64,000 nucleotides of DNA from an uncultured Chloroflexia bacterium. Lineage in GTDB: Bacteria; Chloroflexota; Anaerolineae; Caldilineales; Caldilineaceae. Location: positions 32,040 to 96,039 of the forward strand of contig CAWIVN010000030.1 of NCBI GenBank assembly GCA_963839515.1. Reading direction: 5' to 3'. A program made the translations under genes and the position numbers. The notes below the pieces were generated by a model that worked only from the letters and a program-made list of their open reading frames with translations, had not been told where the DNA came from and did no database searches. Of this stretch, positions 31,429 through 41,565 are shown in pieces; the stretch's first letter is position 1; each line of letters opens with the position of its first letter.

Positions 31429-32588
31429 ACAGTCTCTGTGCGCGTCGTCTTCAATAAAGCGTTGTCCGCTTCGTCCAGCGGATAGTCCGGATCCATTCCG
31501 TTATCTGCTTTGGGTGCAGATGCGAAGGCTGCCGCAACCGGCGCATTCGGCGCGGCGGCTGGTTCCGGCTGCTGGTTTGCCACTGGTCGGTGTGGCTCCG
31601 GCTCCGTCGCCGCGAGCGGCATAGGTTTGGCGGGTTGCTTTTCCGCCGGCGGGTTGGTGCCAGTCGTCCCCGTGTCAGGCCGGAGTACATGACGCATGCT
31701 TGGCTGGCCATCCTGCAACAGCATTTCGGTGTTGAGCATGCCGCCCGTGAAAATGCTGTGTATGTCTGCCGAGGGATTCTGGATAGTGTTGAAGAGCTGG
31801 ATGAGACCTGCTTCGGACATATTGGGGGCAGCCTTTTGTACGCGGCGGATAAAGTCCGAACGCGCCGAACTGCTGACGTCGCTTCGCAACATGTCCACAT
31901 AGGCACTGCTGATTTCGTACGGCAGAGTAAGTCCGTTGATCAGCACCGGCGCATCGGTAACCATGATGCCGTGTGGTCGCAATGCATTACGCACAGCCGG
32001 CTCCAGAGCTACCTGCAAAGCGCGAGCCTTGGCGCCAGCAAAAGGGCTGAAGAGCTTGACAATGTCCACACGATCAGGTGCTTCCGCAGCACCCAATTGT
32101 CGCTCAGGTGTTTTGCCGCTGGTCTGCGCCCCAGGGTTGGTAGGCGGCGTCGCCTGCTCCAACTGATAGACAAGGTCCTGAAATACGCGCTTGAGGAGCG
32201 TGCGCTGCTGCTCCGCGCGCTCGGCGTCGGTATAGTAGATCTCGTGCCGATTCATGTGCTTGGGTTCGAGCCAGTAGGAATAGCGCAAATTGACCGTCAC
32301 CGGCATTCCGCCTTCGGTAAAGACATTGGGTACGACTTCCTTTGCCTCGCGCTGGCGTACGTAAACCTTCGTTGCTTCGTTTTCGATCGGGCTAAGGAAA
32401 TAGTAACCAGGTCCCGCGGTGCGTTTGAATCGATCCATTTGTTCGATTACCGCCACGTAGCCTTCCTCAGCTTTGCGAATGCGTGTGGACAGGTAATACA
32501 CGGTGGCGACTGTAAGTGCAGAAAGTAGGCCACCCAACAGGCACAGTACCACTAGTTCCGGATCAGGGTTTCCCATAGGTAGCCACAT
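31425..32588 (-). CDS. SPFH / band-7 (stomatin-prohibitin-flotillin-HflK/C) domain membrane protein with a Pro-rich C-terminal tail
   Basis: N-terminal transmembrane segment, then GYVAVIEQMDRFKRTAGPGYYFLSPIE ... VFTEGGMPVTVNLRYSY, typical of SPFH. Disordered Pro/Ala-rich C-terminal 90 aa. Confidence 0.65.
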   Translation of the reverse strand: MWLPMGNPDPELVVLCLLGGLLSALTVATVYYLSTRIRKAEEGYVAVIEQMDRFKRTAGPGYYFLSPIENEATKVYVRQREAKEVVPNVFTEGGMPVTVNLRYSYWLEPKHMNRHEIYYTDAERAEQQRTLLKRVFQDLVYQLEQATPPTNPGAQTSGKTPERQLGAAEAPDRVDIVKLFSPFAGAKARALQVALEPAVRNALRPHGIMVTDAPVLINGLTLPYEISSAYVDMLRSDVSSSARSDFIRRVQKAAPNMSEAGLIQLFNTIQNPSADIHSIFTGGMLNTEMLLQDGQPSMRHVLRPDTGTTGTNPPAEKQPAKPMPLAATEPEPHRPVANQQPEPAAAPNAPVAAAFASAPKADNGMDPDYPLDEADNALLKTTRTETV

Positions 32589-33567
32589 ACTCCTTGAACG
32601 CCGGCGAAAAGATCTCGGGCGTCTGCAGGCTATCGATCAGCCCACGCTTATACAAAAACTCGCGCAGCCACGGGGCTGGCAGTTCGCCGCTCGTGAGTTT
32701 CAACAAGGCAGTACGTTCGGAGCTGTGCAAGTGCTTCCAAATGTGCTCACATGCGTTACGCACGGGTCCGGGCACTGTAGCCAGATCCTTTAGTCGGCGA
32801 GGCGGCATGTTGAACTGGGGTTTGATGGCCGTCACCAATGCGGCCATAATACCGGCGTGATTGCCACTCATCATGAGAATACGCTCGCGATCCACCGCCT
32901 CAATAGTAAGCCTCTCCCTTGCCGCCAACACATCCAACATGGCTTTGGCATCGTCTGACCGGTAGGGGCCGAATGCCACCATGTTGTCACAGATCAAACG
33001 ATAAAGCGAGCTATTTTCAAAGGGTTGGCTGCCCACCACCCGATGTGGTAGCCGGTGGGTGATAAAGACGTAGGCAAAGCGCGGCGGCGTGCGCACCTCG
33101 TCGCGCACGTTGCACAACTCTTCAAAGAAATACAACGGTTGGTGCCGAATCAGGCTCTCAAACTCATCCAGGACATAGACAATACGTTGGCCAGCCGTTA
33201 GGCAAAGATGTCTCACGGCATCGCGCAACTCAGTGTAGCCGCTGCCTTCCCGCCCTGGCCGCAGTTCGTACCCAACTTTCTGCGCTGCCGGCCGCAGACC
33301 ATGAAGCATCTCAGCATAGAAGCGCGCCGACGAGTCAGCCACCTGCAGGCAGCTAATCCAACATACGGTAGTGCTATCGGCTGTGGCCTGGTCTGCCGCA
33401 TAGTGACGCAGCACCTGCGGCTGCCTGGTGAAATTCACCAGGTTCGATTTCCCCGACCCGGCCAGACCCACCAGGCATAGGGAATGTCCGACAGCCGTGG
33501 TGTCGAGTACGTATTCGACCACCTCGCGCCGATAGTCAAGCGGGTATCGATCTAGAATCAACTCCAT
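32563..33567 (-). CDS. P-loop NTPase (AAA_16 / Arch_ATPase-like), third paralog in this neighbourhood
   Basis: Walker A GLAGSGKSNL, Walker B IVYVLDEFE; overlaps the start of the SPFH gene. Confidence 0.6.
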   Translation of the reverse strand: MELILDRYPLDYRREVVEYVLDTTAVGHSLCLVGLAGSGKSNLVNFTRQPQVLRHYAADQATADSTTVCWISCLQVADSSARFYAEMLHGLRPAAQKVGYELRPGREGSGYTELRDAVRHLCLTAGQRIVYVLDEFESLIRHQPLYFFEELCNVRDEVRTPPRFAYVFITHRLPHRVVGSQPFENSSLYRLICDNMVAFGPYRSDDAKAMLDVLAARERLTIEAVDRERILMMSGNHAGIMAALVTAIKPQFNMPPRRLKDLATVPGPVRNACEHIWKHLHSSERTALLKLTSGELPAPWLREFLYKRGLIDSLQTPEIFSPAFKEYVATYGKP

Positions 33568-33773
33568 GAATCAAAGATACGTCGATTGCGTTCGTGTGTC
33601 AACCAAAATCATCGTGGTTTTGCCTATAATTACCTTACATTTCTGAGATGTTCGACAGAGAGTAAGGTCCATGGTATGCTATCCGCGCCATCGTTCGGCC
33701 GCGCGAATGGCCGAATGATGATCTTGATCGTTGCGTGATGGCGCCGCGACGTCGAAACCCAGGAGGTGCGTAA

Positions 33774-36449
33774 ATGACTGACGAGATTGAGGCTGACGCT
33801 GAGGCCAAGGCTGAGACGGCGCCCACAAACGGTCCGATCGACGACGCGGCCGAAGCTACTACCGACACGGTGTCCATAGAGTCCGGCGATCAAGAGTCTC
33901 AAGAAGATCAAGAAGTAATTGGAGAAACCGCCTCATCTCCAGTCAGAAGACGCCGCGGACGGCCTGCCGGCAGCCGCAATAAGACTAAGCCAAAGCTGGC
34001 GCCGCCAGTGGAGGAAAGCGCACCGCCGACCGCGACAAGGCAGAACCACGAGGCACAGCCTGCTCCTCGTCGTGTGCGGCGGCGGGCAACCCCCGCCGCC
34101 AACGGGTCCACTCCCAGCGGCACGCCGCCAGATGTGAGGCGAGCCGGCGAGACAACTATGAATGGTATGAATGGAGCTGAGGGCGTCGCAGTCACTGGGG
34201 CGCAGAGAGGCGACTTGGCACCGGAGCTCAGTCCCGAATTGGCAAGCAGCATGTCGGAGCGTTACGTTCGGTTCCTGCATAACTTTCAGCGCGACCGCAC
34301 GCTGCCGCCTCACCCCATTATCGAGCCACGCTACGACATTACGACATTGTCGATCGACGAGCTGAGCAGTTCCGAAGAAGTGTACAATCGCGAGCTCAGC
34401 TGGCTGGATTTCAACTGGCGCGTGCTGCATGAAGCGGTGGACCGACGCACCCCGCTGCTCGAACGGCTGAAGTTCATCGCCATTACTTCTTCCAACCTGG
34501 ACGAGTACTTTAGCAAACGCGTAGGTGGCCTCAAGCGCCAGAAGGCAGCCGGCGTCGCCAATCTTACGCTCGACGGCTGGGCGCCGGACGTGCAGCTTTC
34601 GCTCATCGCCGCGACCGTACGCCGGATGATCGACGTCGAAAGCGACTGCTTACACGACGACATTCTGCCGGCCCTGGCCAAGCATGGCATTCGCATTTTC
34701 AATTATGCCGAGCTGACGCCCGCGCAGCACGAGAAGCTGACGAGCTTCTATCAGAAAGAAGTCTACCCGATCCTGACACCGCTGGCCGTCGATCCTGGCC
34801 ATCCCTTCCCGTTTATCTCCAATTTGAGCCTGAGCCTCGGGGTCGTGCTGCGCGACCCGGCCAGCGGCGACGTGCAGTTTGCGCGCGTGAAGGTGCCGCA
34901 GACCCGCCAGCGTTGGGTGCCGCTCGACAGCCTCATGCACTTCGTGCCGCTGGAACAGGTGATCACCGCCAACCTCGACACGCTTTTCAAAGGCATGGAG
35001 GTGCTGGCTGTCTATCCCTTCCGCGTAACCCGCAATGCGGACCTTGCGCGCAACGAGGAAGAAGCGGACGACCTGCTGGAGATGATCTCGGAAGAGCTGC
35101 GCGAGCGCCGTTTTGCCCCGGTGGTACGGCTGGAAGTAGACGAGAAAATGCCGGCGGAAGTGCTGGCGCTGTTGCAGAATCAACTCCACCTGGACAATGA
35201 CGACGTCTACCATGTGCGCGGGTTGCTGCGGCGCGTGGACCTGTTCGCGCTGGCCGACATCAATCTGCCGCATCTCAAATACGAGCCATGGACTCCGCTG
35301 ACGCCTTCGCGCTTTGCCGGCATCAACAGCAAGGGGCGGCCGGGCGAGATGTTCAGCGCCATCCGTCAAGGCGACATCATCGTCCATCACCCATACCACA
35401 GCTTTCAAGGCAGCACGCAGATGTTTGTGGAGGCGGCGGCGCGCGACGCGCAGGTGCTTGCGATTAAGCAAACACTATATCGCACAAGCGACAACTCGCA
35501 GATTATCGCCGCGCTGATCCAAGCGGCCGCAATGGGTAAGCAGGTGGCGGTGCTGGTCGAAGTCAAGGCACGCTTTGACGAGGCCAAAAATATAGAGTGG
35601 GCGCGCAAACTGGAAGAGGCGGGCTGCCATGTCGCCTATGGGTTGGTCGGACTAAAAACGCACTGCAAGGTGTCGTTGGCTATTCGCCAAGAAGAGGACG
35701 GACTGCGCACCTATTACCATATCGGTACGGGCAACTACAACGCCAAGACGGCAGGCGTCTACACGGACCTCGGTTACTTTAGCTGCAACCCCGATATCGG
35801 CGCCGACCTGCTGGACCTTTTTAACTATTTGACAGGGTACAGCTACCAGATCGACTATCGCAAGCTATTGGTTGCCCCCGTCAACATGCGCAACCGCTTT
35901 ATCGAGCACATTGATCGCGAGATCGCACATGCCGTGGCAGGCAGGCCGGGACGCATCATTGCCAAGATGAACGGTTTGGAAGACCCGGCCATGGTGCGCA
36001 AGCTCTACGAAGCAAGCCAGGGGGGCGTGGATATCGACCTGATCGTGCGCGGCAACTGCCGGCTGCGTCCGGGTATTCCGGGGGTCAGCGACAACATTCG
36101 CATCATTTCGATTATCGGCCGCTTCCTAGAGCATTCACGCATCTTTTACTTCCACAACGACGGGGCGCCGCATTACTATATCGGCAGCGCCGACTGGATG
36201 CGGCGCAACCTCAGCAGCCGCGTCGAAGCTGCTACTCCGATTGAAGACCCACGATTGCAGGAATACCTGTGGTTTATTCTGCAGAGTTCGTTGGAAGATC
36301 ATCGCCAGGCGTGGGACTTGCTGCCCGACGGTCGTTATCGCCAACGCCTGCCCTGGTCTGGGAGCACCACGCTTGAATCAGGCGGCGTACAGGCCTATTT
36401 CATGCAGTACACGCGCATGACGGCGCCTGCGGGGGGCGTCGGGACGTGA
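33774..36449 (+). CDS. ppk: Polyphosphate kinase 1 with a roughly 180-aa low-complexity N-terminal extension containing an AT-hook-like motif
   Basis: PPK1 N, H and C domains (RYVRFLHNF ... [17 protein letters not shown] ... catalytic His region ... two PLD-like C-terminal domains). Perfect AGGAGG 7 nt upstream of the ATG at 33774. The extension contains [16 protein letters not shown]. Confidence 0.85.
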   Translation: MTDEIEADAEAKAETAPTNGPIDDAAEATTDTVSIESGDQESQEDQEVIGETASSPVRRRRGRPAGSRNKTKPKLAPPVEESAPPTATRQNHEAQPAPRRVRRRATPAANGSTPSGTPPDVRRAGETTMNGMNGAEGVAVTGAQRGDLAPELSPELASSMSERYVRFLHNFQRDRTLPPHPIIEPRYDITTLSIDELSSSEEVYNRELSWLDFNWRVLHEAVDRRTPLLERLKFIAITSSNLDEYFSKRVGGLKRQKAAGVANLTLDGWAPDVQLSLIAATVRRMIDVESDCLHDDILPALAKHGIRIFNYAELTPAQHEKLTSFYQKEVYPILTPLAVDPGHPFPFISNLSLSLGVVLRDPASGDVQFARVKVPQTRQRWVPLDSLMHFVPLEQVITANLDTLFKGMEVLAVYPFRVTRNADLARNEEEADDLLEMISEELRERRFAPVVRLEVDEKMPAEVLALLQNQLHLDNDDVYHVRGLLRRVDLFALADINLPHLKYEPWTPLTPSRFAGINSKGRPGEMFSAIRQGDIIVHHPYHSFQGSTQMFVEAAARDAQVLAIKQTLYRTSDNSQIIAALIQAAAMGKQVAVLVEVKARFDEAKNIEWARKLEEAGCHVAYGLVGLKTHCKVSLAIRQEEDGLRTYYHIGTGNYNAKTAGVYTDLGYFSCNPDIGADLLDLFNYLTGYSYQIDYRKLLVAPVNMRNRFIEHIDREIAHAVAGRPGRIIAKMNGLEDPAMVRKLYEASQGGVDIDLIVRGNCRLRPGIPGVSDNIRIISIIGRFLEHSRIFYFHNDGAPHYYIGSADWMRRNLSSRVEAATPIEDPRLQEYLWFILQSSLEDHRQAWDLLPDGRYRQRLPWSGSTTLESGGVQAYFMQYTRMTAPAGGVGT

Positions 36450-36474
36450 GGATAAGACGGTAACATTCTAGAGA

Positions 36475-36525
36475 ATGTCCCCGGGACCGGCGAACGCAAG
36501 CGTTCGCTTGAGGTCCCGGGGACAT
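36475..36525. repeat. 51-nt nested palindromic element (ATGTCCCCGGGACC-GGCGAACGC-AAG-CGTTCGC-TTGA-GGTCCCGGGGACAT), copy 1, in the ppk/mdh convergent intergenic region
   Basis: 14-bp perfect outer stem plus an 8-bp inner stem. A near-identical copy lies at 57130-57179. Confidence 0.75.
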
Positions 36526-36542
36526 GAATCGGCCTCTTGCGT

Positions 36543-37526
36543 TTAGCCGAGCATTTCCTCAATCGCGGCGCGCTCTTCCAACAGTTCCTGGCCTGTGGCA
36601 GCGATCATCTGCTTGTCGAAGTCGCTCAGTTGCAGGCCCTCGACGATGGTGTAGACGCCGTTCTTGACCGTTACCGGATAGCTGAAAATGACACCCTCGG
36701 CCGAACCATAGGCGCCGGTGCTGGGAATGCCCATGCTGACCCAGTCGCCGGCGGCCGTGCCGTTGTACCACGTCTGTACGTGGTTGATGGCGGCATTGGC
36801 GGCGCTGGCGGCACTGCTCTGGCCACGCGCCTCGATGATGGCGGCGCCGCGCTTCTGCACGTTCGGAATAAAGCTACTCTTGATCCAGACGTCGTCGTCG
36901 ATTACGGCGGCGGCGTTTTGGCCGTTGATCTCGGCGTGGTAAGCGTCCGGGTACTGCGTGGCACTGTGATTGCCCCAAATCGTGACCTTTTTGACGGCTG
37001 TGACGGCGACCTGCGCCTTGTCGGCAAGCTGGAACATGGCGCGGTTATGGTCGAGCCGGGTCATGGCCGTGAAGCGATCAGCCGGCACGTCGGGTGCGCT
37101 GCGCTGGGCGATGAGGCAGTTGGTGTTGGCAGGGTTGCCGACGACGAGCACACGCACATCTGAGGCGGCGTTGTCGTTGATCGCCTTACCCTGCACCGTG
37201 AAAATGGCGCCATTGGCCGACAGCAGGTCCTTGCGCTCCATGCCCTTGCTGCGCGGGCGCGCACCGACCAGCAATGCCCAATTTGTATCCTGAAAGGCGC
37301 GATTGGGATCATCGGTCATAACCATGTCCGCCAACAGCGGGAAGGCACAGTCCACCAGTTCCATGCCGACGCCTTCCAGCGCCTTCATCGCGGGCGTGAT
37401 TTCCAGCATTTGCAGGATGACCGGCTGGTTGGGGCCAAAGAGATCGCCGTTGGCGATGCGAAAAAGCAGGGCGTAGCCGATGTTGCCGGCAGCGCCGGTA
37501 ACTGTCACGCGAATAGGTGCCGTCAT
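36543..37526 (-). CDS. mdh: NAD-dependent malate dehydrogenase (cytosolic/Thermus type)
   Basis: Rossmann motif [17 protein letters not shown]; MDH signature regions ([26 protein letters not shown]). Confidence 0.85.
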   Translation of the reverse strand: MTAPIRVTVTGAAGNIGYALLFRIANGDLFGPNQPVILQMLEITPAMKALEGVGMELVDCAFPLLADMVMTDDPNRAFQDTNWALLVGARPRSKGMERKDLLSANGAIFTVQGKAINDNAASDVRVLVVGNPANTNCLIAQRSAPDVPADRFTAMTRLDHNRAMFQLADKAQVAVTAVKKVTIWGNHSATQYPDAYHAEINGQNAAAVIDDDVWIKSSFIPNVQKRGAAIIEARGQSSAASAANAAINHVQTWYNGTAAGDWVSMGIPSTGAYGSAEGVIFSYPVTVKNGVYTIVEGLQLSDFDKQMIAATGQELLEERAAIEEMLG

Positions 37527-37836
37527 TTGGTAACCTCCGTTAATTGGTTAGTGCTACTATTTCGAAACTATAAAGGAAAATAGTAATCAATAGCGATCTA
37601 TACAAGGGAACATCCGTATTGGGATGCACGTTCGGATTGTGTACAATGCCTTGATTGCGGCAGTCCCGCAGTCGTTTCGCAGGTCAATGGAGCCGTGACT
37701 TACCGGCGTCGTCTCGTGTAGGATACCGCCGATCGGGTATTTGGGCAATCGGGCATTTGAACAATTGCGTACTACACCCATTCCATCAGCGGTTTGCGCT
37801 GATCAAGACACAGATGCAGAGGAAAGGATCTAGATT

Positions 37837-40032
37837 ATGAGCAGAGTAGCACGCCGCAAGGTGGCGAGCTGGTCGATTCTTGGCGCGCTGTTGCTGTCGC
37901 TGTTGCCCCTGGCGACATTGCAGCCGAGCGTGGCGCTGGCAGAAGGGCGCAAGGTCGATCAAACTGACCAAACCAGCGTCAACCCAAACGAGGAAATCGT
38001 CTACATTGATGACGACGGGTATATCCGGGTTTTGGATGTAGAGGCGCCCAATACACCCAAAACCATCCAGTTTAAGAGCCCGGACTCCGGCTGGCGCAGT
38101 CTGTCACTAGGCGATTTCAACAATGACGGCGACATGGAGATTGTGGCGGTCAAGGGCACCGGCACAGGCGACAGTGCTGTAGCGATCTACGATCCAGTGG
38201 TCGCTTCGGGCCAGACAGTACCCGGGCAGGAAATTAACGGCGTGCCCTGGAAACTGCTGGCCACCATTACTATTCCCGATAAGCCGGAGCTTGCCGTGGC
38301 CGGCAACTTCGATCCAAACGTGGATGGCGATGAGATTCTGATCGTGCGCGAGACGGCCGCGGGCGAATCTGACGATCCAGATGACGACCGCGTAGTGATA
38401 TACAAGCAGAGCGACCCGACCAAAGGTGATGGCACACAGTGGGTCGAGCACTTTGCCAAGAACTTCGGCGAGAATTGGGACCGCGCCAGCGTCGGCAATG
38501 TCGACGGCCAGGGCGGCGACGAAGTTGTGCTGATTGAAGCCAATGTGGCGGTGCACGTCTACCAGCCCGACCAGAATTTCCGGCGCTTATTTGAGTACGG
38601 CAGTGACTGTCGAATTGCGCGTGACGCGTCGCTCGGCCAATTTTTGGGTGGCGGGGCGCTGGAATTGGTAATGGTTGCGCGGCAACGCTGCTCGGCCACC
38701 AGCCCGCAGGATGCTTTCCGCGTGTACGCCTACAGCAACAATGTGTTCCCCGAAACATGGGTGGTGGGGGAGAAATTTGATCCCGACCCACGCGTGGTCT
38801 TCATGGGCGACATCAACGGCAACGGCGACGACGAAGCGATCATGTTGCGCCAGGTGATTGACAACGCTGCAGCAGCGCGCCTGATCGTGCGCGGCAATGG
38901 GGACGACCAGGTTATCAGTGAATTCCTCAATGGCCTGCCGTTGGCTGCCGATAATGGCTATCGCGAAGGCGATGCAGGCGATATCGACGGCGACGGCAAA
39001 GACGAGATCGTCATCATCCGTGATAACAACATCCGCTACTATCCGGATGCCAACACATCGGCACAGGCCGTGGATTATGCGACGACCACCAACCGTCGCA
39101 CAATTGCCATCGGCGACCTGGATATGGGCGGGAGCACCTCGGGCCCGATGTTTGCCACCGACGTGGCTAAGCTGGACCTCGACGTGAACTACGGCTTTGT
39201 CACGACCGGGCAGATCACACTCAAGAATAGCGGCACAGAGGAAGGGATCCCGTTTACCATCGTGTCGAATCTGAGTCCGCTGCAGGTTACGCCGAGCTTT
39301 GGCACGGCCCCCGGCAAGAGTTCAGGCGCGCTCGCCTTGACGTACAGCGTGGATGCACGCAACCTGCAAATCGGCCAGACGGTCCAGGCCACGATCAGCA
39401 TCTTCAACGCAGGCACACCGGCAGCCAGCAACAGCCCGCTGGTGATCCCCGTGACGATTCGGGTCAAGGCCCCGCCGTTTGAAGCGATCCCAGCAGGAGC
39501 CAGCGCCATGTTCATCCCATGCGATGCGCCGCTGACGGCGCGCAACGTGACGATGACACTGAGCGGATTGCCCGGTTCCCAACTGCGCGACGTGCAGGTT
39601 TGGGATGCGGCCACCCTGGCTGCCGCCAGCGCGGCCGCCGGCCTGAATGGCGATCTATACCTGGGCAGCCGCAGTGAAGACGGCAGCAGCCTGGTATTGC
39701 GCAATGCGGCCGGCGAAGAACAGGTGCTGGCAGCGAGCGGCCGCATGAGCCTGTTCGCCAGCGCAAGCGTAGACGAAGTCGATGCGACTCTGGACGTAAC
39801 CTACACATCGCAGGTGCCGTGGATCACGTCGATTACTGTAAACACAACCACATTGCCGTCACAGCTGACGCTGACCTTGGACCCGACACTACGCAGCAGC
39901 AGCATCGAGCAGGCGGGACTGGTCCTTATAGGCCCGTCGTACGACGTGAGCAATCCCATTGCGGTGCGTTCATACCCGATTACGATGGTTTGCAGCAACT
40001 GGGGCGCGTGGATGCCCATCCTGCGCAGATAG
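37837..40032 (+). CDS. Secreted FG-GAP / VCBS-repeat (integrin-alpha-like beta-propeller) protein
   Basis: Signal peptide. Recurrent Ca-binding FG-GAP motifs: GDFNNDGDMEIV, GNFDPNVDGDEILIV, GNVDGQGGDEVVLI, GDINGNGDDEAIML, GDIDGDGKDEIVII. Confidence 0.65.
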   Translation: MSRVARRKVASWSILGALLLSLLPLATLQPSVALAEGRKVDQTDQTSVNPNEEIVYIDDDGYIRVLDVEAPNTPKTIQFKSPDSGWRSLSLGDFNNDGDMEIVAVKGTGTGDSAVAIYDPVVASGQTVPGQEINGVPWKLLATITIPDKPELAVAGNFDPNVDGDEILIVRETAAGESDDPDDDRVVIYKQSDPTKGDGTQWVEHFAKNFGENWDRASVGNVDGQGGDEVVLIEANVAVHVYQPDQNFRRLFEYGSDCRIARDASLGQFLGGGALELVMVARQRCSATSPQDAFRVYAYSNNVFPETWVVGEKFDPDPRVVFMGDINGNGDDEAIMLRQVIDNAAAARLIVRGNGDDQVISEFLNGLPLAADNGYREGDAGDIDGDGKDEIVIIRDNNIRYYPDANTSAQAVDYATTTNRRTIAIGDLDMGGSTSGPMFATDVAKLDLDVNYGFVTTGQITLKNSGTEEGIPFTIVSNLSPLQVTPSFGTAPGKSSGALALTYSVDARNLQIGQTVQATISIFNAGTPAASNSPLVIPVTIRVKAPPFEAIPAGASAMFIPCDAPLTARNVTMTLSGLPGSQLRDVQVWDAATLAAASAAAGLNGDLYLGSRSEDGSSLVLRNAAGEEQVLAASGRMSLFASASVDEVDATLDVTYTSQVPWITSITVNTTTLPSQLTLTLDPTLRSSSIEQAGLVLIGPSYDVSNPIAVRSYPITMVCSNWGAWMPILRR

Positions 40033-40066
40033 ACGGCAAGCGCGGAGTCCAGCAGTAAAATTTGAT

Positions 40067-40099
40067 CGAGGGGGTGGCCAGAGCTTGGCCGCCCCCTCG
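40067..40099 (+). terminator. GC-rich hairpin (CGAGGGGGTGGCC-AGAGCTT-GGCCGCCCCCTCG) 35 nt downstream of the FG-GAP gene; putative intrinsic terminator
   Basis: 13-bp stem with one mismatch; no clear U-tract. Confidence 0.35.
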
Positions 40100-40213
40100 C
40101 CATGTCTACATGCATGGTTGTTTGACGCGCACCTTGAGAGACGGTAAGATGGACAGCAGGACTGTTTGACCGCTGCAACAGATGCCCGCCTGGTGGAGGA
40201 ATAGAAGCTAACG

Positions 40214-40813
40214 ATGATATCCAAATATGGACGCGGATGGATTGCGGCGCCTTTGGGGCAGATCGCAGCCTGGCTCGAGACGACGGGAGTCAGTCCAAAC
40301 GCGCTGACACTGATTGGTTTTCTGCTGACAATCGTCGTTGCGCTGGTACTGGCTACAGGACAATTGTTATGGGGTGGGCTGCTGTTGATTCTAGCGGCGC
40401 TGTTCGATACGCTGGATGGCGCCTTGGCGCGGCATGCCGGCAAGACCACTGTCTTTGGTGCGTTTTTCGACAGCGTCATGGATCGTTTCTCCGAGTCCGT
40501 GACGCTCGTTGCCTTGATCTGGTACTACAGCAGCCAGGCAGATGGGCAGGTAGCAGTGATTCTGCTTGCTGCAACACTGGTGGGCTCCCTGATGGTCAGC
40601 TATACGCGGGCGCGGGCGGAAGCGGTCGGAATCGAGTGCAAAGAAGGCTTTTTCCAGCGCACCGAGCGCATCATCGTACTTATTCTGGGCCTGGTGACAG
40701 GGTGGATGCTACCCGTACTTTGGATTCTGGCGATTTTCACCAATGTTACGGCAGTGCAGCGTATTTACGACGTGTACCGCAAAACAAGCTCCGAAACGCC
40801 ACCGGCGACCTAA
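40214..40813 (+). CDS. CDP-alcohol phosphatidyltransferase family protein (PgsA-like)
   Basis: Motif DTLDGALARHAGKTTVFGAFFDSVMDRFSE matches D-G-x2-A-R-x8-G-x3-D-x3-D; multi-transmembrane. Confidence 0.75.
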   Translation: MISKYGRGWIAAPLGQIAAWLETTGVSPNALTLIGFLLTIVVALVLATGQLLWGGLLLILAALFDTLDGALARHAGKTTVFGAFFDSVMDRFSESVTLVALIWYYSSQADGQVAVILLAATLVGSLMVSYTRARAEAVGIECKEGFFQRTERIIVLILGLVTGWMLPVLWILAIFTNVTAVQRIYDVYRKTSSETPPAT

Positions 40814-40924
40814 GCGCCGCTACCGATAGAACGAGATATCAGCGCATACAAGCACACTCCTCGCGCCAGGGCACTGTACCCGTGCCGAAATTGGCCGTAA
40901 TCTTTTTCACGGTTTTACGTCATC

Positions 40925-41524
40925 ATGTTTAAGAGTCTGTCGAAACGTAGCCGTGACATTGAAGCCATGCCGATCACAGAGGCAAGCGAAGAAGAACTGC
41001 TGGCGGCTGCCATGCAATATAACGATGCTGCGCTTGGCGAACTGTATGATCGATATGAGGCCAAGATTTTCAGCTACATCTTTCGACGGACAGGCGACCA
41101 GCCGCTGGCCGAGGATCTGACCGCGCAGGTCTTCTTGCGCATGTTGGAGTCCATTCGCGATCGCAAGGCGTGGCACAGTTCGTTTTCAGGCTGGTTATAT
41201 CGGATTGCTCACAACCTGGTCATCGATTTCTATCGCCGCCGCGACCGCCAGAGCGCGATCGACATCGAGGAGGCGCCGCCTATGGCATCGGACCTGGAAA
41301 ATCCTGTGGAAACGGCCGAGATGAACCTCGACGCCGAACGTTTGCGCGCGGCGATCCGGCGGTTGACGGACGAGCAAGCGGAGGTGGTTAGCCTGCGCTT
41401 TCTGGAGGGATATAGCATTGCCGAGGTTGCCGAAATGACCAACCGCACCGAAGGTGCGATCAAGGCACTGCAATATCGAGCGGTGACAACGCTGCGCGGG
41501 CTGTTATATGAATATATGCACTGA
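40925..41524 (+). CDS. ECF-type sigma-70 factor
   Basis: Region 2 (LYDRYEAKIFSYIFRRTGD ... DLTAQVFLRM ... WLYRIAHNLVIDFYRRR) and region 4 (VVSLRFLEGYSIAEVAEMTNRTEGAIKALQYRA). Confidence 0.8.
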   Translation: MFKSLSKRSRDIEAMPITEASEEELLAAAMQYNDAALGELYDRYEAKIFSYIFRRTGDQPLAEDLTAQVFLRMLESIRDRKAWHSSFSGWLYRIAHNLVIDFYRRRDRQSAIDIEEAPPMASDLENPVETAEMNLDAERLRAAIRRLTDEQAEVVSLRFLEGYSIAEVAEMTNRTEGAIKALQYRAVTTLRGLLYEYMH

Positions 41525-41565
41525 GTATAGTGCTGCGGGAGAGAACCTGGGACTTGGTGTAGGTT

